From Octopus sinensis (lineage: Eukaryota), in contig NC_043001.1 of NCBI RefSeq assembly GCF_006345805.1, forward strand, positions 38,192,001 to 38,256,000: a DNA stretch of 64,000 bases. The letters are read 5' to 3'. Positions 13,157-23,740 of the stretch are shown here, piece by piece. Within the stretch, counting starts at the first letter, position 1. Every line of letters starts with the position of its first letter. The position numbers and the translations under genes are program-made. The notes beneath the pieces are model-generated. The model was not told where the DNA came from. It saw nothing but the letters and a program-made list of their open reading frames with translations, and made no database searches.

Positions 13157-14062
13157 CATCATCATCATCATCATCATTTAGCGTCTGCTTTCCATGCTAG
13201 CATGGCTTGGATGGTTCAACTGGGGTCTGGGAAGCCTGAAGGCTGCATCAGGCCCAGTCTGATCTGGCAGTGTTTCTACGGCTGGATGCCCTTCCTAACG
13301 CCAACCACTCCGTGAGTGTAGTGGGTGCTTTTTACGTGCCACCCGCACAGGTGCCAGACGGGGCTGGCAAACGGCCACGGACGGATGGTGCTTTTTATGT
13401 GCCACCGGCACGGGGGCCAGGCGAGGCTGGCAATGGCCACGAACGGATGGTGCTTTTTACGTGCCACCGGTACGGAGGCCAGTCGGGGCGGCGCTGGCAA
13501 CGGCCATGATCGGATGGTTCGCTTACTTGTCACCGGCACTGGTATCACAGCTGCAATTTCCATTGATGTTGATCAACTTCGATTTTGGTTCTGCTTTCTG
13601 ATATCTGATTTGATTTGATTTGATTTTGATTTTGATTTTCACTTGCCTCAATGGGTCTTCATAAGTGGAGTTTTGTGTCCCAAGAAGGAAAGGTATGTAT
13701 AAGTCGACTGGCTACATACCAGGTAGAGGCCACGGGTTATGGTCTCACTAGTCTTGCTGGGTCTTCTCACGCACAGCATACTTCCATAGGTCTCAGTCTC
13801 TAGTCATTTCCTTGGTGAGACCTAAAGTTCGAAGGTCGTGCTTCACCACCTCGTCCCAGGTTTTCCTGGGTCTACCTCTTCCACAGGTTCCCTCAACCGC
13901 TAGGGTGTGACACTTTTGAACACAACTATCTTCAGCCATTCTTGTCACATGACCATACCAGCGCAAACGTCTCTCTTGCACACCACAACTGATGCTTCTT
14001 AGGTCCAACTTTTCTCTCAAGGTACTTACACTCTGTCGAGTATGAACACTGACATTACACAT
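13157..14062 (-). mobile_element. 5'-truncated RTE LINE
   Basis: ORF 13793..14254 ends RRLRWYGHVTRMAEDSCVQKC...GRGRPRKTWDEVVKHDL; 3' UTR minisatellite and (CAT)n tail. Confidence 0.9.
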
Positions 14063-14079
14063 AAAATACAGAATGGGAC

Positions 14080-14290
14080 AAGAACGCAAAACATCCAGAC
14101 AGTTAGGTGATACAAAAACGAGACAACACAACATCCAGATAGACGATACAAAGAATACAAGGACGATAATCTGGTACTCGACTGATATAAAAAACTTCGA
14201 ATGACCCGTCCTTGGTTTCTTTGTATCGTCTATCTGGATGTTTTGTTGTCTCATTTTTGTATTTTTTTATACACATATACAAAAATTGAG
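14080..14290. repeat. Hairpin element with 55-bp inverted arms (14111-14165 / 14207-14261)
   Basis: Arms match 51/55 by eye around a 41-nt spacer. Confidence 0.8.
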
Positions 14291-14439
14291 GAGGTAATTT
14301 CCTCAAAAGGGATTGTTAATAACAATCCCGATATCCACTGGCATTATAATATATTGAAAGAAAGTTCTGCAATATATATGAACCAATGAACCATGTATCA
14401 AATTTTTTCTTCTCCATTTTCTTTTATTAACTTTATCTA

Positions 14440-14504
<65 letters not shown>

Positions 14505-14506
<2 letters not shown>

Positions 14507-15087
14507 TCATCATCATCATCATCGTTTAACGTCCGTTCTCCATGCTAGCATGGGTTGGACGGTTCGACCGGGGATCTGGGAAGCCAGAAGGCTGCACCAG
14601 GCTCCGGTCTTAACTGGCAATGTTTCTACAGCTGGATGCCCCTCCTAACGCCAACCACTCCGTGAGTGCAGTGGGCGCTTTTTACGTGCCACCTGCACTG
14701 GTGCCAGGCAAGGCTGGCATCGGCCACGGTCGGATTGGTGCATTTTACATGCCACCTGCACGGAAGCCAGTCGAGGCGGCACTGGCTTCGGCCACGATTC
14801 GGATGGTGCTTTTTACGTGCCACCGACACGGAAGCCAGTCGAGGCGGCGCTGGCATCGGCCACGATTCGGATGGTGCTTTTTACGTATCTCCAGTCCAGG
14901 GGTCCTGGCATCTGCCGGGTGCCAGTCATAGGATTGGTTCAATTTCGATTCCGATTTCACTTGCCCCAACAGGTCTTTGCAAGCAAAGGTGCCTGTCGTC
15001 GGATGAGGTTCGATATCAACTTCGCTTGCCTCAATAGGTCTTTGTGTGTCCAAGGGAGGAAAGGCATGCATAAGTGGGCTGGACTCA
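14505..15087 (-). mobile_element. RTE LINE 3' UTR fragment
   Basis: (CAT)n tail, shared 3' UTR and about four minisatellite units. Confidence 0.8.
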
Positions 15088-15543
15088 CTATATATATATA
15101 TATTTTTTTTTTTTTAAAGTTACCATTCGTGTCACTTGGAAATTTTGCAGCTCGCAATTGGAACTATAGCTTTTATTCGAAATTATTTTTTCGTCATTGC
15201 CTCCATGTTTATTAATTTTTATTCATGTATATTTTTCTTGCCATCCCTTTTATTTTTATTCATATATAGTTTTTCTTGCTATTCCTTTCATTTTTATTCA
15301 CATTTTTAAATATTTTTTTTATATATTACTAACATAGTTTTTGTAAATTTTCGTATATTCTTTTTAGCTTTTTTATTCCTTACTTTATTTTTGTAACTTT
15401 TTATTTGAATTTTTATTTGAATTATGGCTTGTACTGTAGGGTCCAGATAACCTAATTTAAACATACCTACTTTACACATACTTAAGGGCTTTAAAAAATT
15501 AAAATATAGTTTATTGTATTGAACATTGATAAAGTGATATAAG

Positions 15544-15638
15544 GGCCTGATGATTGGGGTTACATTTTAAGAAGGGTTCCAGGTAAACACAGAGTGGTTT
15601 AGGAACCGGAGGATGTACCTCATGAAACATGTGTTGCC
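15544..15638 (+). ncRNA. Hammerhead-like motif with extended stem II in a probable PLE pseudo-LTR
   Basis: GGC-CTGATGA-long stem II-GAAAC-ATGT-GTT-GCC. Confidence 0.45.
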
Positions 15639-15971
15639 ATGTAATAAAACAGTAGGTATTTAAAATAAAAATTCTTTTTATATGATGAGATGTAGGGGCC
15701 TACTATCTCTAAATTAATATATATATACCATATTTTAACTTGTATAAGGAACCCTCTAATTTTGGGGGCTTAAAATTTGGAAAAAAGGTTTTGTAAAGGA
15801 TTTGGTAAATTTTGATAAGTGCACCCGCACTTATCGGGTAATGTGTTATATTTTTGTGTGGGGAGATAGAGAGAAAGGGCTTTCTATGAAAGAGAGGGGA
15901 GAGAAATGAAATTAAAAATATCTTAAAGGACCATTATTGACATTTGACGAATATTTGTCCTCATTTTCGTT

Positions 15972-16022
15972 CTTAACATGTTTCGGCTGATGTATATCCT
16001 CCAGTCTTCATCAGGTGTCTCG
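15972..16022 (-). ncRNA. Degenerate hammerhead-like motif (PLE-type)
   Basis: Minus strand ACAC-CTGATGA-AGACTGG...TCAGCC-GAAAC-ATGTTA; the 3' partner of stem I is missing. Confidence 0.45.
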
Positions 16023-16117
16023 GGGAAATTTTGAACCTGGGTTCTCGTTCCTAAGGTATTTTTCAATGATGTTGTTGTTGTCGTCATCATCGACAGCGGC
16101 GACTTCATCGTCATTGT

Positions 16118-16436
16118 TCAGGTCACTGCTTATCTCCAAAGATCTTGGTCTTTCGTCATTGCCTCTGTGAGGCCCAACGTTCAAAGGTCATGCTTGACCA
16201 CCTCATCCCATGTCTTCCTGGGTCTACCTCTCCTCCAGATACCTTCAACTGTTTGGGAGTGGCACTTCTTCACACACCTCTCCTCATCTATCCACAGTAC
16301 ATGACCATCCCAGCACAAACGTCTCTCTTGCACACCACATTTGATGCTTCTTATGTCCAGCATTTCTCTCGGGGCGCTTACACTCTGTCGTGTGTTCACA
16401 CTAACATTACACATCCAGCGGATCATGCTAGCTTCG
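16118..16436 (-). mobile_element. RTE LINE RT C-terminal fragment
   Basis: ORF 16181..16534 includes ERRLCWDGHVLWIDEERCVKKC...RGRPRKTWDEVVKHDL. Confidence 0.85.
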
Positions 16437-16879
16437 AAGATATATATTAATAGAGACTTTGAAATTTCAAAGTAAATGTCATACACCTTAAAAAAATTCA
16501 AAGTTATTGTCAATAGGGTTAGTATAAATCTCACACTACAAGTTACAGCAAAGTATGAATATGCTGAGAAAAATATAAGAGTATAATACGAATCAGATGT
16601 AGGACTACTCTGGTATGGGCATGCAGTGCATATGTATGAGGACTATTGTATAAAGAAGTGCTGCTACCCTGACCACTCCCACCCTTTTTTCTATAATGTG
16701 AGTAGCTGTGCAATTCCCTACAGCATCAAACCTGTTCTATTCTGGCCCCTTGTCTTTCACTTTAACCCTCCCATCCCATAGCATATATCTGCCTTCTCTA
16801 CAGTAGCCCCACTCAGTCAAATGGAATATTAATCTTGCTGGCCTCACGGCAACCTCTCTAGTGCTGATGCAACAAAAAA

Positions 16880-17047
16880 AGCACCCAATATTTGTTGAAT
16901 AAGGGTTGGCATTAGAAAGACATCCAACTATAGAAACTATGCCAAAACAGACATCGAAGCACAGTGCAGTCCTTGGACCCATTAGATCCTGTCAAAGCAG
17001 CCAACCCATGCCAGCATGGAACGTGGATATTAAATGATGATGATGAT
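16880..17047 (+). mobile_element. RTE LINE 3' end
   Basis: ggttggcattagaaagacatcc...cccatgccagcatgg...(GAT)n; reverse orientation to the 13157 copy. Confidence 0.65.
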
Positions 17048-17063
17048 GTATGTGTGTGTGTGT

Positions 17064-17141
<78 letters not shown>

Positions 17142-17688
17142 ATGTATATGTATGTATATGTATAATGTATGTATGTATATGTTATATGTATGTATGTATA
17201 TGTATATATGTATGTATGTATATGTATATATGTATGTATGTATATGTATATATGTATGTATGTATATGTATATATGTATGTATGTATATGTATATATGTA
17301 TGTATGTATATGTATATATATATGTATGTATATGTATATATATATGTATGTATATGTATATATGTATGTATGTATATGTATATATGTATGTATGTATATA
17401 TGTATGTATGTATATGTATATATGTATGTATGTATATGTATATATGTATGTATGTATATGTATATATGTATGTATGTATATGTATATATGTATGTATGTA
17501 TATGTATATATGTATGTATGTATATGTATATATGTATGTATGTATATGTATATATATATGTATGTATATGTATATATATATGTATGTATATGTATATATA
17601 TATGTATGTATATGTATATATGTATGTATGTATATACGCATGTTTTTATATTTATATGTATGTATGTATATATGTATGTTTATATACT
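17048..17688. repeat. Compound (TA)n/(TATG)n microsatellite
   Basis: Directly visible; explains the YI/MYVC-rich ORFs. Confidence 0.95.
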
Positions 17689-17910
17689 ATTGTGTCTGGG
17701 GAGAGTCATTTTCTTTTTGTGCCTTATAATGTAACACACTCACCGGTAAATTTTAGGACAATAACAATAAGAAAAAAGTGAAAATTTTGCTGGTGAGTGT
17801 GTTACATTATAAGGCACAAAAAGAAAATGACTCTCCCCAGACACAACAGTATATGCTTCAACACATGAACTCATATAAAGAATCTTACAAACCAAATCCA
17901 AAAACGAAAT
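17689..17910. repeat. Foldback element with one-sided tail (family also at 40596-40811)
   Basis: About 60-bp arms tgtctggggagagtcattttc...acacactcacc / ggtgagtgtgt...gactctccccagaca, then tail tatgcttcaacacatgaactc...caaatccaaaaac. Confidence 0.8.
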
Positions 17911-17949
17911 ATGTTTATATGTATGTGTGTGTGTGTGTGTATGTTTCAT

Positions 17950-18113
17950 AACTGGCACCCACTACACTGTTGGGGTGGTTAGCATTAGGAAGGACATCCA
18001 GCTGTAGAAACCATGCCAAATCAGACTGAAACCTGGGCAGCTTACCAGTTTTCAGTCAAACTGTCCAACCCATGCCAGCATGGAAAACAGATGTTAAATG
18101 ATGATGATTATGA

Positions 18114-18118
<5 letters not shown>
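17950..18118 (+). mobile_element. RTE LINE 3' end
   Basis: Shared 3' UTR ending in (GAT)n. Confidence 0.7.
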
Positions 18119-18149
<31 letters not shown>

Positions 18150-18151
<2 letters not shown>

Positions 18152-18298
18152 AAAGAAGGCGTAGCTGTATGGTAAGAAGATTGCTTCCCAATCACATGGT
18201 CCTGAGTCCTGACCCACCTTATGGCACCTTGGGTAAGTGTCTTCTATTATAGCCTTGGTCTGACCAAAATCTTGTGTGTGGCAGAAACTGAAAGAAAC

Positions 18299-18329
<31 letters not shown>

Positions 18330-18530
18330 TTGTGTATGACTTTGTGTTTGTCCCCAATACACTGCTTGGCAATTGGTGTTGGTGTGTTTATGTCTCCATA
18401 ATCTAGTAGTTCGGCAAAAAAAAACAAAAAAAACTGATAGAATAAGTACCAGGCTTGAAACAAAAAGGTCCTGGTGTTAATTCAGTCAACTAATAATTCT
18501 TCAAGGTGATACCCCTGCATGGCCACAGCC
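18150..18530 (+). mobile_element. tRNA-derived SINE with internal (TA)n
   Basis: ggcgtagctgtatggtaagaag...ggtcctgagtcctgaccc...ggcaccttgggtaagtgtcttctattatagcc. Confidence 0.6.
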
Positions 18531-18546
18531 TAATGATTGAAACAAG

Positions 18547-18599
<53 letters not shown>

Positions 18600-19429
18600 C
18601 ATATATATGTATATATATATGCTGTTTTACCTACAAGAATATGTTTTGGATTGCTTAAAGGTTGTAATTGTTTGAAGTTTCCAGGAAAGGGTTGTTACAA
18701 TGCTGAAATGAAACCTTTTTAATTTGTCAATAAAAAATTTTCAGGATCTTTCTTCTTAGGGGGATATTTCTGATTTAACCATCGCACCATGTTCCTGTTA
18801 TAGCGGAAATAACTTAAGTGTCATCTCTACCAAGTTCCCACTAAAGCAGTAATGAACAACAGATGTAGAAAAAGAAGATAAAATACTAAAATTAGACACT
18901 GGATCACATTGCAGCTTTGTTGTCAAGTGTGTTTACGGCTCATTGATAATGGCATAGCTGTTGTTACTTTTGTTTTTGATGAAAAAAAAAATGATCTTTT
19001 GACAAAACAATTGAGTGATGAATCCAGCACTTAGTCTTGTAAATGAGTAAGGCCTAGACTTTTTGCAGTTGAAGAAATTATTGATGATATTTATTCTTTG
19101 GAATAAATATGAGAGTATTTTGGACAATCAAACTGGTGAAAGTTTTGAGGAAAGTAGCAATTAGGGTGAACAAATATTGTAGTTGAGAGATAGACTTATT
19201 ATTTTTATTCTTGTGGATTTTTTTGTGACACTGTCCATTAATTTGCCTAACAAATACAGTAGATGAGAGAAATACCTATTATTGGTATTCTGAATTTTTT
19301 TTTTTTGCGATTCTGTCCATTAGTTTGCCTGCAATCATTACTTTGAGCTGTATATGCAACTATTTATTTTTTTGCTCAGGAACCCAGGTGGAGGGCAAAG
19401 TTAGACATAGAAACCCAAGTCTGAGAGGG

Positions 19430-19790
19430 TTAAATCTATATTTGTCAGCCAGAATTTGTTGAAGCAAATTTTCTATGACCAGATGCCCTTCTTGTTACTG
19501 ACCCTCATCTGTTTCCCATAAGCCAGACACATTTTTCATGGAAAGCTGAAAACGAATAATGTTGTTTGTGTGATGGTGATGCTTGTTCGCTGTCATCACA
19601 ATCTCACACACACATACTTATATATGATGGGCTTCTTTCAGTTTCTGCCTATGAAATCCAGTAACAAAACTTTGGTCAACCCAGGGCTATAGTAGAAGCC
19701 ATTTGCCTTAGGTGCCATGCAATGGGACTGAACTGGAGACCATATAGTTGGGAAGCAGGCTTCTTAACAATTCAGTCATGCCTACACCTA
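19430..19790 (-). mobile_element. tRNA-derived SINE / associated repeat
   Basis: Same core as the 7838 copy at 19620-19790. Confidence 0.55.
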
Positions 19791-20286
19791 GAGGAGCTAT
19801 ATAGGACATGCAAACAACTTCAATAAGCAGTTCTATAAAGTTTACAAAGACAGGGCAATAAAGAAAAAAGGGAAACAAAAGACAGAAGAAGGAAATGAGT
19901 AAATAGAAAGGAATATGAAAGTTTCACTGTTACGACTAGTTGTACTTACCTTCAGTTTAACTGTTTCTCTTTGTATGGTGAGTTATTTAGCAGATTATCA
20001 AGAAAAACAGTTATATTAGCTTCTTTGGTCATAATGTGGCCTAAATTTTTGGCTAATTCACCAGGTCTGTTTCTGAGTTGTATAACTTATATCAATGACA
20101 CCTCACTCACCAGAGAACTCAAATCAAATATTTGTCTTCTCATCTCACAAATTAAGGCTATTTGATAGTGTTTTAGTATACTTGTGAAAATTTGCCTTGT
20201 ATGAGTTATTAAGTTATGTGAAGATAATAAAAGAAAAATAAATGATAAGACATTTTGATATATTAATATTTATATTTTTGAATTAG

Positions 20287-20374
20287 GAGAAACCATATCT
20301 AGGACAGATTGGCACCGTGTCAGTGTGTTTAAAGCTGGACTTCGAGACAAAGTTGCTGCATATATAAGGAAAGG
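20287..20374 (+). CDS. SSBP1: SSBP1 coding exon 4 (ETISRTDWHRVSVFKAGLRDKVAAYIRKG)
   Basis: ttag acceptor, GG|gtaaat donor; 88 nt; conserved WHR.SVF..GLRD motif. Confidence 0.97.
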
Positions 20375-20949
20375 GTAAATTGTCTTATTCATTTTTTAAT
20401 TATCTTTAAAGTGTAAGAGAGAGGTTTTTGACTGATGATTATATGACTACAATGTAATTTTAGAAATTTTTCATAAAGTTTTACCAATTTGTGCCTTTTA
20501 CTTTTTATTGTGTCATTTACTGAATGTAAACAATCTCCTAAGTTCTATTTCATTCGATGGTTTGTGAATGCTACACTCATTTTGAAGATGTGCTGTTTCA
20601 GTTATAATACAGTATCAATGCTTCATGTCCTATCTGTGTTTGATGCTAAACACCTATCCAAAGTAGTGCACTATACATAGATACCTTTAGGATACACAGA
20701 AACATTTCTTGGATGGAAAATTTATAGCAAAGTTCGTAGAGGCTCTCTTATTGCTTTGATATTTGATTAATCTCTTTACTTATAGCTTTAAATCTATGGG
20801 GAAGGGATTAGCAATGTAAATTTATAGTTTTACTGTGTAGTCAGCAAAGGGTAGTATCTATGACTGTTTGCTTTTTCATGATACCAAAACTAGTGAGAGT
20901 AAAGTAAGTAGTTATCCTCAAACCATAGACTATGTTGAAAAGTTTATAA

Positions 20950-21058
20950 CAGAGTTAATAAGTCCACTAAGGCACCTAAGACTCAAGTGGTATAAAAATG
21001 AGTGACAGAGTTAAGTCCACTAAGGCACCTAAGGATCAAGTGGTATATAAATGAGTGA
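20950..21058. repeat. Local tandem duplication of about 55 bp
   Basis: cagagtt...aagtccactaaggcacctaag..tcaagtggtata.aaatgagtga occurs twice in tandem. Confidence 0.85.
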
Positions 21059-21973
21059 TGGATTATGTCTAATTGTTTAACATTTAAACCAGCTGTATCC
21101 AGATCAAATATTCAACCTGTTTTACGTTCAAACCATCCAGATCCTACACTCTCACACCTATACTACAATGTCATTCTAAAAATTAGCAGTCACATGATCG
21201 AAATCTTGAAGCTATGAGATATTACATAATTCAAAACAATGTGACTACATAAGCATTATGTTTGACAGGGTAATCTGAATGCTAAAGCCCTAAAGCAGCA
21301 AATAGCCTGGATCACTTGTCTTCTTGTTTAACACTAAAATTTCACCATTCCAGAACGGAATGGTATCTTTATTTCATCCATCTTGAAATGATGAAAGGTA
21401 AAACTGACCTTGGTGGGGTTTGAACTCAAATTACAGAAATTCAGATTAATAATAAAATAATTACAAATGGGAACTGAAACCAAGATACAAACTCGGCTTT
21501 AGTCAGAGTTTACTTCTGTTGTTTGAAGCCTTTCTTAAATGTTTATTAAAATTTCATGATCCTAGAGATGGCCAGGACATTAAAATACTGTACTGGATAG
21601 ATTATTTCAATCAGACTTGTTTTATGATGGAGTTTGATGCAACCTAAGTACTTTCAGAGAATTTATATATAATGTTGAGAACTTTGGAAACAATTTACCA
21701 TGCTTCACCTTGTTTCTTTTTCTGATGCTAACAATTCACTGCTTGATTAACATTGCAGATTAAAGGCTATTTTGCTAAGTTATACCTCTCTGATTGATAA
21801 GAACTAATAAGTTTGATATTGATCTTTACTTCTGATATTTACTGAAACTTGATTCTTATCTCATAACCACACAGAGTTTTATTAAGATGTTTTTAAACAT
21901 TTAATTACTTAGAACCTCATATACACAAATACTGTATATGAATCTTTCAAGTAATCCCTTTTCTTCTTTTTAG

Positions 21974-22062
21974 AGACCGTGTGTTTGTGAGTGGCACTCT
22001 TCAGTATAATGAGTATTGGGATTCAGGCAATGTACTACAGAAGTCTACTACAATTATTGCAA
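21974..22062 (+). CDS. SSBP1: SSBP1 coding exon 5 (DRVFVSGTLQYNEYWDSGNVLQKSTTIIA)
   Basis: tttttag acceptor, A|gtaagt donor; 89 nt; matches KG.R..V.G...Y...TTIIA. Confidence 0.97.
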
Positions 22063-22860
22063 GTAAGTATGGGGCAAAATACATTGATTTGGGAAGCTAA
22101 ACTAGAGCCACAACTTGTCAAGTCTTGGTTTTCTGACCAAAAGAATTTTTTTCATGCCCCATCATTTATACAATGTAATATCCATAGTCCAATCATTTAA
22201 CTCTCATTTATCTCCATGTAAGTTGTACTATGTGTTGTAGAGTTCACTTCTGTAAACAGTAGCAGTACAGTATAATTGGTGAGTGTTTTGCAGTGCTATA
22301 ACTACATTATCTATAGAATTTCTTGGAGATTTTATTCATAATTTAAGTAGACTACTAACATAATCCATTATAGCACTTTCATCATTATAGCAATAATGGT
22401 CCATTACTATCTTCATTATCATAAATTGTTTACTGCCATTTTTCTAGAAACTTACTTTTACTTAGTTGCTTTATGGCTAACGTCTTAAGTTACTATCAGC
22501 ACTTTTATTCCATCTTTTTTTTTTTTTTGTATATTTTCCTCTATTTGCTGTCTACTATCAGCTCATCATTTCTTCATCCAGTTAACATCCTCAACTTGCA
22601 TCATATGCTTCTACCTTTGGTCCTAAGCTAACTATTGCTTGAAATCCATTAACAGTTATTTCTGGTTATCATCTAATGATTCAGGAATACAATTCTATTC
22701 TCACATGTCTCTCATGTAGCTTTTTTGAGAGGGTCTTAATACTTTTTGTTCAATACAGAACACAAAATTGATCATGTACATATCTGACCAAATTTCATTC
22801 ATTGAAGACTTTTGTTACATGTTGTCAATCTCTTTGTATATAATTACCAATTTTCATTAA

Positions 22861-23080
22861 CCCTTTCATTACTAACCCGGCTGAAATCAACTCTGGCTCT
22901 GAGTACAAATGTCTTGTTTTCATAAGTTTTGAATTAAAATCTTCCACCAAACCTTAGTCACAATTTATGTTCCTAACACTAGCTTAATAATAACTATGTT
23001 ATTTTACTAATTTCTTTGTTATATTTAAAGTAACTGAAAGAAACACAGAGCATCTCAAAATAAATACAGTAATGAAAGGG
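22861..23080. mobile_element. piggyBac-like MITE
   Basis: 13-bp TIRs CCCTTTCATTACT / AGTAATGAAAGGG flanked by TTAA on both sides. Confidence 0.85.
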
Positions 23081-23356
23081 TTAAGGTGTGATTTTTTTTT
23101 AATGTAATGAAGGCAACATATTTATGAAGTCAGATCTTCTGTAATAGAGATAGCTCTTTATCTAATAAGTCATTCACTTAAATTTTAGTATTGCAATAAA
23201 GATAATCAGTTTAATTGAAAAGATATTTAGATATCAAAGCTCGTCCATATAGTTATGTCAAATAGAAAAGTCAAATGATCATTATTCCAAGAAATCCTTT
23301 AATTTGTTCTGTTCTAACATTTCCTCTTTAAAGTGATTCTATCATTTACATTTCAG

Positions 23357-23415
23357 ATGATATAATAAATTTAACCAAAAAATACTTGAAGAATGATGAA
23401 GAATTGGATATGTGA
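23357..23415 (+). CDS. SSBP1: SSBP1 terminal coding exon (NDIINLTKKYLKNDEELDM*)
   Basis: tttcag acceptor; phase matches; resembles human DNIIFL with an acidic tail; total CDS 462 nt. Confidence 0.9.
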
Positions 23416-23594
23416 TCTAAAACCATGAACTCTTGTTTGGTTTATTACAAAAATTAGAATTATGTGCCTTAGCAAAACTTAAAAAAAGTAAACTACTATA
23501 TTGAACAAATTTTCATTAATTGCTGATATCAATATTAACATCAATGAGAAAAGCAACACCAGGTAAATAATAATAATAATGATTATTATTGCAC

Positions 23595-23740
23595 TTAACC
23601 AAGCATAGGGCCAGAAATTTTGCAGAAGTTGATTAAATCAGTCCCAGTACTTGATTGGTACTGTATTTTATTGACCTCAGCAGGATTTGAACTTAAAATG
23701 TAGAGCCAGAACAAAAACTGCAAGGTGTTTTGTCTGATAC
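23595..23740 (-). mobile_element. tRNA-derived SINE, decayed
   Basis: Reverse complement resembles the 8525 family (gatttgaacttaaaatgt...cccagtacttgattggtact). Confidence 0.5.

Noticed and set aside
13270-15215. Overlapping 80-130 aa ORFs such as MVLFTCHRHGSQS (also 59432-60245)
   Set aside because: Arise from the GC-rich RTE 3' UTR minisatellite.
17030-17781. ORFs of 186-217 aa (also at 39.7-42.1 kb)
   Set aside because: Translations of TA/CA/TATG microsatellites, open in several frames on both strands.
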